Shown here one piece after another: positions 50,763 to 64,000 of a stretch of DNA of 64,000 nucleotides. The position numbers were made by a program, and so were the translations under genes. Origin of the DNA: Psammoneis japonica (Eukaryota); NCBI GenBank assembly GCA_008632985.1, contig QPGO01000015.1, positions 745,998 to 809,997 of the forward strand, in the 5' to 3' direction. The notes under the pieces were generated by a model. The model was not told the DNA's origin. It made no database searches and saw only the letters and a program-made list of their open reading frames with translations. Numbering within the stretch: the stretch's first letter is position 1; every line of letters begins with the position of its first letter.

Positions 50763-52223
50763 GTTCGGACGTCAGTTGAGTTGAAGAAGACCAAACACAC
50801 GAGCTCCGAAAAATGTAAAGTGAGTGATCACGAGCATTTTTCACGTGGAATGGGACACCAGCCGAAAATCACATTTGGCACAATTAAGTCCTTCATTTTT
50901 GATCATTTCGAAAATCGAAAGGTGAGTGTGCACCCGAAAACACATGTAAAGTGCACACTTGCCATTCGATTTGGCAAAAAACGGATTTTGAAAAAGTCAT
51001 TTGCGCTGAACCTAAAAGGCCAATGATGGGAATCGAACCCACTCGGAGCACCTGGAGCTGGAACAGGCCTCAAGAGAAAGTGCGGCGATCCCCACAGGCG
51101 CCATCAAAGACAGCATGGCCACAGTGGCAGGGGGAGAGCCAGTTGAGCAGGAAGAAAGGGTGGCAATGGCATGGATGTCAGAAGCAAGGAAGGTGGAAGA
51201 AGAGTGTGATGGGATGAGAGGGAGTGAAGGGAGAGGCTTGCAAGGGGAGAGAGGAGGAAAGAGAAACTGAGTGTCAGAGGGAGTGCCGTCCGGGAGGGCA
51301 GAAGCAGCGAAGATCTGGTGATGATCATGGCAGAGACCAAGGCGGGCAAGACAGAAGGTTGACAGGGAAGCAGTGGAGGTTGCAGAGTCGGGGTCAAGGA
51401 TGGAAGCAAAGGGGTGAAAGAGATGCCACATTGGCCCCAAAAATGGCCCCTGCACGCGTCTTGCTTTTGCCGGCACTGTTCAGCAGACCACCGGTGCTGC
51501 CACTCTCTAGAGTGGAGAGTGGCCACTAGAGAGCAAGTACGGTAGAGCTCTAGCAGAATAGAGACTACGAGATGTTTTATCACTTCATGAGCGTTGCGTC
51601 TTACAGTCCCTACATCGAGTGCCAGCAGCCCCTTCACGCCGCCGGTGCCGAAACAGATCACTTCATAAAACATGTTATTCCTACAAGCTTACTGCTTCTC
51701 GTACCGACCCCAGTAGCATTCTACGTTACATACCAGAATTTTTAATTATTTATTTAGTCATTCATATATCATTTTATGAATTGACAACCACCGATTTTTG
51801 GCACGCGACACCACCACGATGACACGTTCCGTCGAACGAGTTCGGGCCCACTCGGAATAATTACCAAGCCATTTGGGTACAGCTATATCAATGAGGTACT
51901 TGCGGATCATATATGTCTCATTGGCTTGGTAATTCTTTGTGGTTGACAAATAAACGACGGCAAAGGATTCACGTGTTGTTTTGTCGTGCTTTGGCGTCAA
52001 GAGCCAGGTTAGTCGAGTTAATCCCAGTAGAAAACCTACGTAGGCCTACTCTGAGCCACAAGCGCGCGTAATAAGCTTGTATCCGATGGCACTAACTGAC
52101 GAGCTTGCTAATGAACAGATATTGCAACTGACAGAACAAAATGAGAGAATCATAATTGAATGCCTAGATTAATTATGACTGCTGGAAACTTCCAACCTTG
52201 AGGCCACGGAGGAACGAACCAAG

Positions 52224-54381
<2,158 letters not shown>

Positions 54382-55219
54382 GATGAAAAAGCTTGTTTAC
54401 AAATGCGGTAGGGCCCTACGTCGCAAATTGGGCTGCACCGAATTTTATGAGAGAACCAAGCCGCGAGTGAAGTTGACGAACGTCCCGCAGAAATCGAATG
54501 GCATCTTCTGCGTTTCGCGTAGCGTTTGTACCAGCGTTTACGCAGAAAGACTCGCGGAAGCTGAATACCAACAAGCGTGTGTAATCTACATACGATCAGC
54601 TTGGTATTAGTCCCTGTACCTACAGTACCGTATGATACACAGTACGTATGTAGCGTAGCTCGAGTGCGATCTGGTCGTGAATGCCAAACCGAATTAACGG
54701 TAAAATGCCCTGTACATTTCTACGTCATTGTACTGCAGAATTATATGATTCCTCTATCCATGAACATATTTATCCATGACGAAATTTTTAAAAAGTTGCG
54801 CCATTGCCATCTTGGGGGGCGTCTTTGGAAGTGAGATCGTCGAAGGCGGTCTGATCGCCAGTGCGTTGGGGGTTTTCCAGTACAATTTGTACGCACAAGA
54901 AACACGTAGGATCTGTCCAGGTCCCAATACCCAATCGCACTGATTGACAGACTGTTTTAGTACAAATTCTACGTAACTTTCTTCGACAGTCTCACTTCCG
55001 AAGACGTCCCCCAATCTGCCTGTGGTATTTGTGGTACAGTATTTAGAAGTATTATGCTGAAAGCGAAGGAAGGCTGTTGAAAATTTGACAAGGGGTGATT
55101 GGCAGTTGCAAGATTGAAGGTGGGCTTGCTTCCGTTTGTTGGGACGTAAAACGACAACGTGAACGTCGAAGGATCAACAAGAATTCAATGAAAATGGCGT
55201 GAAAAATGATGGAACCAAC

Positions 55220-56202
55220 ATGATTGAACGTGGCTTGGAATCATACATCAGGTCTTGTCTGTTCTGTTGTCGTTTTTTCTTCCTGTTGGTGTGCTGTAAT
55301 GTCTCATCGGCACTATCCCTTGCCCTAGCCGAACGTCGTTTATTGGTATTGGGTCTCGGGCCTGTAGGCCAAGCCGTGGCTAGTCAAGCGTTGCATTCAG
55401 AAGACAAGGACATCCGAAAAGACTTTGAAGAAGTGTTCGGGACTGTCCGTGCTCCACAAGAAGATACGGGAGATCTTCGAAAGATATTGTTCTCACGACA
55501 TAAAATTCGCCAAATTCTGCCTCTCTGCACTCACGTGTTAATCACCATTCCACCCCAGCTCAACGATTTGTGCCTAGGGGCTGTCTACACAGATATGGAG
55601 GAACTTCTAGGTCGAAATGCATGGGTTGGATTTGTGTCTACAAGCGGTGTGTATGGCAATCATGATGGGGCCTGGGTAACCGAGGAATCTCCCTTGCCGT
55701 GCGGAGAGAATACGCAGGCTGCGACATATCGGGACGCAGAAGATGCGTGGCGACGACGAGCTGCAGCTAATGGATGGACCTTTTCTGTTTTTCGGTGTGC
55801 TGGAATTTATGGTCCTCAACGATCAGCCTTGCACACCGTGTACAAGAAGGGATACAACCCAGAAAACGCGCCACCTTCAAAGGAAGGCGTGACGAATCGA
55901 ATTCACGAGGTTGACGTTGCCCGTGCCATCGTATCAGCAATGAAACATTGTGATTCCTCACGTACTGGCGATCACCGTGTCTTCAACCTCTGCGACAATG
56001 AACCAGCACCTCGATCGAAGGTGATGCAACACGCTTCACACGTACTGCGCGGTCATGGGATCTCCATTAATACCAACATAAAGATTCTCCACTGACTGAA
56101 CGCTCGAGACGACGAAGCGCAGATATGAAACGAGTTTCGAACCGACGCATGCATACAGAGCTGCTGGATGATGATGGTGGGCTGAAGTTCGATCCTGAAT
56201 GA
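55220..56202 (+). CDS. NAD(P)-dependent epimerase/dehydratase (YeeZ-like atypical SDR) with an apparent frameshift near 56090
   Basis: Motifs VLGLGPVG, FVSTSGVYGNHDGAWVTEES, FRCAGIYGP, NRIHEVDVA and FNLCDNEP. KRVSNRRM follows in another frame. Confidence 0.82.
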
Positions 56203-56849
56203 CTCTGCGACACCATGGTCAGTCATCAAGTAAATTGGTTCGAACAGCAATTCTGTTGGTAGGACCAGTGTGTTGGGATTTTGGCTATCTTTCTATTTCT
56301 TTTACCAGTGTTGTCGCAAATAAAAATTGAAACGCCTTAAAGTCCTTGAGGTCCTTCGTCATTATCATTGCTTTTCTCTGTTTTCGAATCATGCCTATAG
56401 TCACAACCTTCTCAGGAATATCAGGGACCACTGCCTTTGACACCTTCTGGTTGAGAAGAAGCTCCGCAGCAACTGCGAAATCAAAGATGCTATTAGCGCT
56501 CCGCCTGATTCGCTCGTTTCATGTACTTAGTCTTGAATTCTCGGCCGCAACTCGAAGCAAATCGCGAAGAAAGTCTTTCTGTTGGAGAGCCGAGTGTGTG
56601 AGACAAGAATTCAAATGCATTAGAATGCACCAGTGTGCGACGGTGCGTACGATGAATGGAATCCTAACAGGTCTCACCTGGGTCCTTTGCCGCCCGTTTT
56701 GGAAGCCATGTCGTTGTCATGTTTTCTACTGCCTCGACTCCAACCCCAGGGAGATAGACCAAAATTTGGTGTGGGAAGTCACTCGAAGTGACAAGCATTC
56801 CACCACCTTGCAGAGGCAATTCTGCCATCTTAGCTTGTTCAAACTGAGA

Positions 56850-59800
56850 CAGGTTGCGGGGATCGCGATGCTGCTGTTGGCCTGGGCCTTGCACTCCAGG
56901 CTGCCAGCATCTGCCCAAGCACCAATCTGCAGCATGTGTCATGAAGCAAGTTGATCACATCCCACATGATGCTGACCATCTGTTGTCAAGGTCATCTTGT
57001 GGTCAATTGGCTGTGCACATTGTGGAGACCATGCCACAGTCTCAATCGATGCCCAATCTTGGTGCACAGGCAACAAGCACATGCATTGGACACAACAGAC
57101 CAACACTGCTGCAGCCAAACGATCATGCAAGCAGAGCTTCATGCCAAAGAGATGCAACACTCCAATGGTTTGCACATGAATGACCATCAATCGGAGGCTG
57201 CCACTGGTCTTTCATGCTCCAAGAACAAAAAAGGGACATTGCAAAAATGCCAAGATGCTTTCGTGCATCAATTGCCTCTCCTGCTTCTTGGCCCATGGCA
57301 TTCCACCCACATTCACTTTCTGCCCAGATCCAAGGCAACTCCAATGACCCATGCCAAGCATTGAGTGGTCATTTCTTTTCAAAAACCTGTTCTTCCTTTG
57401 CTTGGTTGGCAAGCACAAGAGCCCCGTGCAACAAGTGATGAAATGCACACAATTTGAGTGGTGAGTGGTGGGCACCACAAAGCAGAGAATTTCCAAGATC
57501 ATCAGACAAACACAATGACCAGCACCTTTCAGTGAAAAAGCTGACAGTGAGATGTTGCCAAAGATTCAAGTGAGATTGACTCAGCTCTTTTCCAACCCAC
57601 TTTGCCAGCAACAAGGGCCAAGTCATCATCAAAAGAACAGCACCAGCACAGTGAGATGTGAGCCATTCTTTTCCTCTGCACGGTGCTGGCACAGCAGCTG
57701 CCACACCACATTCAGCTGACATCAGCACTGGAGGAGTCTTCAAATTTGAGTTTGAGGCCATCAGACAGACTGAAATGCTCTGCACTTGATGCTGCATGGG
57801 CTCAAATGCCAGGCTGAAAATTGAGGTCAGGGCCCCATGTGGTGAGCAGCACACATTGTTGATGGGAAACTCAGAAGCAACATTTTGAGCAGCTCTGTGT
57901 GTCACATCAAGTGCCTGTGTTCCATTGACTGGAGATGAGCACCATCAGCAATCACTTGCACCAACCAAGCAAAGATGCCTGTCAGCTGTGGAGCAAAAAA
58001 AGCACCTTTTGCCCTGCAGCTGATCCCAACATTTGTGGGCATGTGCTGTGCAAGGCAACTCACTGAACTGGCTGCTTCATTTGGGAGCAACGCTCATGTT
58101 TTTTCCCTTGCACTTGGCCACAGCACTTCCTGCAGCCACTCCTGAACAAAGACTCTGCCCAATTTGTTGCTGCCCTGCTGCTTCGACAAGCATGGTTGTC
58201 ATCAGAAAGAGCACAAGCATGCAGCATTGGAGATGGGATCAGACAACAGGGCAGCTTGATGATGCTCTCTGGTGTGCTGTGCTTGAAGAAAAATTGCAAA
58301 TGAAAGCAGAACAAATCATGAAAAGTGGAAAATTGCGAGATTAAATTTTGCTCTGTGATTTTGGATTTCTCCAAACAAGAAGCTCTCAATGGCCCAAAGC
58401 ATTTGCACTGCTCCACAGAGCAAAGGCCTTTCAGAGAATCCAGTCATGACAACAGATCATCCAGATGTGATCAACACTGACATCTCATGTGTCAACATCA
58501 TCCATTGTTTGCATCTGCAATTTCAGACATCAAATCAATTCTGTGTGATTGACCTGACCTTTGCATGCATCCATGATTGCCACGCAATTGACACACCTGA
58601 CAACACACAATTGCAAGCACATGCACACTTTCTTCTGTTTGACAATGGACAACACATGCTGTGCTTGCCTTGTCAATTGCACATGTGAGTCATTTGTCAA
58701 ATGGAGTTGTTCGATGGACATTGACTGTGTTGACAATGTCACCACATTTTGATCTGCACTGTGTCATTGGTGTGCACCATTGTCATCTCATGAGGCTCAG
58801 AACAGGGCTGTTCTAATTTTTGCAAATCTTTCTCTGGCAGGATCTTTTCTCCCATGCTGCATGTGCATGGAGCCCATTGTGCATTCTCTCTGGTGTTGTT
58901 TTTGTTCACAACATCTTGTTTTTGTTTCTGAGTGAGCTTCTGGTCAGCAATGTGTTGGGCATCAAATGTTGTGTCTCCTTTGAAGACTGGTTGTCCTGGC
59001 ACAGCTTGTGCAGTGGCATGATGTGTTGAATGTGCTGCAAAGGCTGCTGCAGACAGCATCCCCTCAAATAGATTCTGTGCATCCAGGGATGGATTTTGTA
59101 AATCAAAAGTGCACAGCACATTGCCCAGCCAGCACTTGATGCACATGCTCAATTGCACCATTTGCTTGTTGACTCTGTGCAGTTGTGGGCATGCATTCAA
59201 TGCCACAATCATCTCAAACCACAGCTCTAAATTGGTGTCCAATGAACTCACTTCCATGGTCACAAGCAATTGACAACAGTCAAGGACATCTGCTCAACAT
59301 GTTCTTTCTAACAACCCAGTGACAGTTGTGGATTCCTCATTTGGAATTTCTGCCATTTCAAACCATCCTGTTTGCCAAACACTTCAGGACTGGGTTTTTT
59401 CTGTGCTTTGATGCATCTTGTGTGGTCCAATGAGATCCACACATGTGGTCTTTCCCATCACGCTGATTCTGTGCACTCCTTGGGAGGCAAATGACAGCAT
59501 TTCTTTTGTTTCTTCTTAAATTTCTTGCTCGCCTCACATTTTGACATGCATTTTCTCATGTTCTCATGCAATGCACTTGCCTCTGTGAAAAGTCTTTGCA
59601 TGACATGTCACATCTGACAATTTAGCGAGAATGTCTTTGACCAGTTTTTGTTCAGCATCAAGAACTTTGTGTGTCAACAGAAAGAAATCCTTGTCGCAGG
59701 ATCCAGGTGCAACTTTCTCAGCCAGCTCTTTGTTGCTGAGGTTTTCCACAGGTGTTTTGTTTTCTTCACACAAGTCAACTGATCACATCTGCAATGGCAC

Positions 59801-62800
59801 TGGCCTTGCTCCTGCTGAGACAGATCATTTCAGGACTGCACTCCTCAGTTGTCAGATGCCAACACATGACTCTGTCCATTGCAAATTCTCATTGGTGAGA
59901 TTTTTGTGATCTGTGCATGCATTTGTCTGTTGGCCAAACAGCACATTTCAGAATTGATCAAATGTTTTTGCTGTTGACAGAAGTTCTTTTCCCGCTGCAG
60001 TGTGTCATGCCTGTGCTCCATTTGGCTTGCGGCCATGAAAGTCAATGGGTCTGTTATTCTGCACTGTTGTGACTGCTCCCAATCAAAATTGCTTGCACCA
60101 CCAGCACATGTCTCAAAGAAGGGTGTGTGTTGAAATTTGGGTGTGACAATGACATGTCTTTCAACACAACTGGCTTCACATTTTTGAAAGCTTTTGTTCT
60201 GTGCCTGTCCATCGCCACTCAACCTCCTCAGATGAGGTGAGTTTGGCCAAAGGAGCAAGCACACAAGATTGTTGAGACCACATGTCTTGGTGGTGATTGA
60301 TCTCACCAATGAAACATCATTTCAGTTCCTTGCAAGTTGCAGGAGTTGCAATTGTTTGAATTGCCTCAACTTTCTTGGGCATTGGTCTGATGCCATTTTG
60401 GGTGACACAAAAGCCCAGACAGCTTGCTTCAGGCTCAGCAAAAATGACCTTTTGGCATTGACCTTCAAACTGGCTTGTTGGAACCATGTGAATGTTGTCT
60501 CGAGCTTCTTTTCACATGATCTTTGAAGTCACCTTTTGCCAGGCATGGCACCATGGCATCAGGGCAAGTTCTGACAAACTCTGGTCCTGCCATGAGCTTG
60601 CTTGTGTGCTCCTGAAAAATGTCTGGAGCTCCACAAATTCCCGTTGGAAGCCTGCAGGGCTCATGCTTGCCCCGCAGCATCACGATCATGCACAAACAAT
60701 GTGTGTGTGGTGTCAACTCAATGTTGCAGCATCCCATGTTCAAATTGAGTGAGGTTGCACACATGAATCCTTCTGGTTTCTGTGGCATGTCCTGAATTTT
60801 GGCGAAAGATGCAGAGAGCACATTGACCTTCCATCAAGCTCATGGAAGCGGCAGAAGTCAAACCAAACTCAACTGTTTTCCTTTGGGCTGAACAAAGATT
60901 GGAGCTGCCCACTCAGAATGGCCCGCTCTTCTCAGGACTCCCAACTTGCACAGTCAGTTTGCTTCCCAAGCAGTTGCCTCCAAGGCTTGTGGAACTGGAA
61001 AAGGTTTCACATGGCGCAGAGTTGCGCCAGTGCAAGATCCACCAGTGTTCCTGTCCATTTGCCTGGAGAACTGTCAAAAAGATGTTCAGAAGAAGTTCAA
61101 ATGATCCTGTTCCTCTGGGATCAGATGCCAGTCACATCATTGAGATCAGCAGCATGACAGTCAGTGTGGAGGATTTTTTGTTGATCCTGTCATTAAGACC
61201 ATTCATGGCATGAGATTCTTCAATGTGACCAGCAATCAGCTTTGACACTTTGGCTTTGAAGAGTGCATCAACATTCTTCACTGGCACAGTTGTGTCTTGT
61301 TCCCATTTGATTTGTCTGCTCACAAAATCAAGTGTGACTCTAAGACTGCTCATCAAGTCATGTCCCACAATCATGTCATGTTGCAAAAGAAGTGGCAGCA
61401 CTGTCAACATGTGCTGTCTTCTCAATTCAACTCACACTTGTCAAATGCAGGCAGTGAGAACTGAGTGGAGAGCATCAACTGTCAGTTGTAAAGAACCTGC
61501 CCTTGGTTTCCCAAGTCTTGGTGGCAGATTTCTCATTTCTCAACTTCCACATTGATTTGCACAAAATTGTGGTTGATGATGTTCTGCTGTTGAGAAGAAA
61601 GCACAGAGGCTGATTTTTCTTCTCCCCCCAAGGAAGCATTCACACAAGCAGCAATGGCTGCTGGACCAGTGTGACTGCTTTGGCCCTTTCTCCAGGCTTC
61701 TTCTGACATCCAGCAACATGCAACAAGACTCCTCAACAGGAGCCAGTTGTTCCTCAAAATTGCTGCAAGTCACTTTTTCAAACCAACTGTTTTCCTCACT
61801 GAGGATGCCTGAGTCACATTCCTCACTCTTGTCCATCTGATTCTTTGTGGAGGAACTTGTCTTCAGAGATTTGTTGGTTGCCTGAGTGATCATGAAATTC
61901 AATTCTTCCTGCCTGTTGAGAGGTGTTTTTAGCATCGCAACAAGACCATGTGGGATCGCCATTTGAACATTGCCATTTCATGTTTTGTTCAGCATTCTCT
62001 TGGCATTCTTTTGCTGGCCTGGTCTTTTGATGCCCAGCACTGGCCCACATTGTGGGTGGCTTTCTCATGATGGCTGCACCACTTGTCACAGACTCAGATC
62101 ATTTGGCACCAGATTGGCAACCATTTTTGGGACCACAATGAGATCCATTCTTGGCTTTGGAACCAAACTTGTTGGCAGTGTCAGGCTGGGCATGAGTTTG
62201 GTCAAATGTGTCCTCTCAGTGACCTCCAGGCACTTCAAGAACTCCACCAACTTGTCAAAGGCATGGTCTAAAATTTCAAAACCTTGCAGGGTTGACTGAT
62301 GTTGCCATCAATGAGGTGCATGATTGCAAGCAATGTTGCAGAGCTCATCTTTGTCCAGATTCTGTTTGGACTCAAAGGGAGGATGACACTTGAAATCTTT
62401 GTCAACTTGTTCCTGCATTCAATTGGCAATTTCTTGGATCTTCACAGAGTCCAGCTTCTTGAGTTCACGTCACAGATGCATTTTCTGGCTCTGAAGTGCA
62501 TTCTTGGGAAAGACATGGTCAGAGAGGCAATGATGACATTTTTCAAAGGCTCCTTCATCTTCAACATTCATTGCCTTGTTCTCAAAAACTTGCAGAGCAT
62601 CCCCTTCCAATGACCCATGCACAAGTCAGAAATTGTCAGCTTTTTCTTGATGTTCTGGTCCACCTGAGTTTGCTGAATGTTTTTGAGAATTTGATGTGCT
62701 CAAGGGACTCCCTGCTTGTTGTGGTGCACGACAATGAATGTGTGAGCACAACTCTTCTTGTCTTTTGGATGAAAACACTGCTGCATTTTGAGGTGCTGGC

Positions 62801-64000
62801 TTGGTTTGAGTGTCTTTGGCTCAGAAGTTGACTCCAGCGGTGCAGGTGCAATCTTCTCCGGCTTGATGGCAGACACTGGAGGCAAAAGCTTTGTTTTTGC
62901 ATTTTGCCCTCTGTGGTGTGTGTGCACAATGCACCATGCTCAAAGAATGAGTGCTGCAAATGAAAGTGTGACAAATCATGAAAAGTGGAAAATTGTGAGA
63001 TTAAATTTCACTCTGCAGTTTGGGGTTTCTCTGAGCAAGCTCTCAATGGCCCAAAACATTTGTGCTGCTCCTGCAGAGCAAAGGCCTTTCAGACAATCCA
63101 GTCCTGACAACAGATTGTCCGGGTGCAACCAACACTGACATCTCATGTGTCAACATCATCTGTCAATTGCATTTGCAATTTGAGACATCCAATCAACTCT
63201 GTGTGATCAATCTGACCTTCACCCTCATCCACCATTGTTGTGTGGCTGACATGTGTGATGACACATGACTGTGAACACATGCAATTTCTTCTGCTTGGCA
63301 ATGCATGCTGCACTGAATGTGACACATCAAATGCCACATAAAAAATCTGCAGGAGTGTGGAAAAATTCTGGGCCACAGGGCAGAGCAAATGGGTCATTTG
63401 ATGATGTGTCTTTGAAGCCAGCGGGCTTTTGTCTCAAGGAAATTCTCTGCTTGCCTGCAGCCAAGCTTCCAAAAGCTGGTGGCAAGCCTGAAAGCAGGGT
63501 CCCACCATTGCCCCTTTCCATGAAGACAAGCCTCATGACAATGCTTTCTGGCTGACAACAACTGGGCAATCAACAAAAGCAATTGAGCAAACTGTGCTGT
63601 GACCATCTTTTGATGTTGGCCAGGCCAGCAACACTTGAAGAAAGTTTGGAAGCTTGTGCACCCCCCGAATGTTTTCAAAAAGTGTTCAATGGAGAAGACA
63701 TGCTGACCAAGCACTCAAAAAAAGTCAGCAGCAAAGTTTTTTGAGTGTGAGCAGTTGGAGGTTGGGGTTGGTGACAGCAGCAACACACAACAAAAACTCA
63801 CAGAGGTGTGTGCAGTTTGGCTGGAGAAGTCTTTTTCACAACATCAGCACCTTCTTGGTTGCTTTGCTTGGATGTGACAACAAAAAAGATGCAAGGAAAC
63901 CTTCATGACAGCCACCATCAGAGTGATGAGGCTCTTTTGCTGTTCCTTGGCCCAACAACCTCTCCCCAGCTGCGTGCTTGCAGTCACTCAGATTGTTGCC
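56850..64000. other. TpA- and CpG-depleted block C, running off the window
   Basis: Only about 15 TA seen by eye in 57000-64000. Confidence 0.95.
58295..63310 (-). mobile_element. Degenerate Ty3/Gypsy LTR retrotransposon with both LTRs
   Basis: LTRs at about 58295-58650 and 62955-63310, both starting tgcaaatgaaag. Minus-strand order is gag, protease (HDMIVGHDLM), RT (KIQDM...ATSLNLNMGCC...RLPTGICGAPDIFQ), then RNase H and integrase remnants. Confidence 0.88.

Larger units (their letters stand above)
41830..51069. mobile_element. 9.2 kb DNA transposon, Sola-like (probably Sola2), with two convergent coding units
   Basis: TIRs ggcctgt(gt)tccagctccaggtgctccg at 41830-41857 and 51044-51069. 4 bp TSD tcaa at 41826-41829 and 51070-51073. 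DDD-type transposase on the minus strand. Confidence 0.8.
40850..51500. other. TpA-depleted block B, with CpG only partly lost
   Basis: TA is very rare while CG remains common. ORF 48126-49493 has no Tyr in 455 aa. Confidence 0.93.

Noticed and set aside
51499..51529. Helitron 3' end (hairpin gccactctc/gagagtggc followed by ctag)
   Set aside because: Only 2 nt separate the hairpin from CTAG, the next base is A rather than T, and no 5' TC end or Rep/helicase was identified.

Overview
Eukaryotic DNA, most likely from a pennate diatom: short GT-AG introns, ASAF-type bipartite plastid presequences, and diatom-type Copia and Gypsy elements. Compact gene islands (about 0.6-11 kb, 28.6-40.6 kb, 52-56 kb) alternate with three nested-transposon blocks (about 11.4-28.4 kb, 40.9-51.5 kb, 56.9-64 kb). 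The islands encode a secreted beta-propeller protein, an ankyrin-DnaJ protein, an ankyrin protein, a plastid bestrophin, a RING-H2 ligase, a HAD phosphatase, a lumenal FKBP, an Fpg/Nei-UNG fusion, a SMARCAL1-like helicase, PDZ, phosducin-like and RRM proteins, an 8-unit polyubiquitin and an NAD-dependent epimerase. The main observation is that the transposon blocks have lost almost every TpA dinucleotide, converted to TpG or CpA (A-to-G on either strand), on top of CpG decay. Conserved tyrosines of RT, integrase, endonuclease and transposase read as Cys or His. Paired LTRs and TIRs differ by TG/CA versus TA flips. Surviving TAs are mostly in YTAR context, and some elements have lost TpA while keeping many CpGs. 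This points to a transposon-targeted A-to-G hypermutation process opposite in direction to fungal RIP. A base-calling artefact at a modified base must be excluded, because the assembly also shows homopolymer errors. Also present are a 9.2 kb Sola-like DNA transposon with GNAT-like and papain-like cargo, a 447 bp TRIM with an internal tRNA-like segment, and Mutator-type and Harbinger-type MITEs. All counts and alignments were made by eye.
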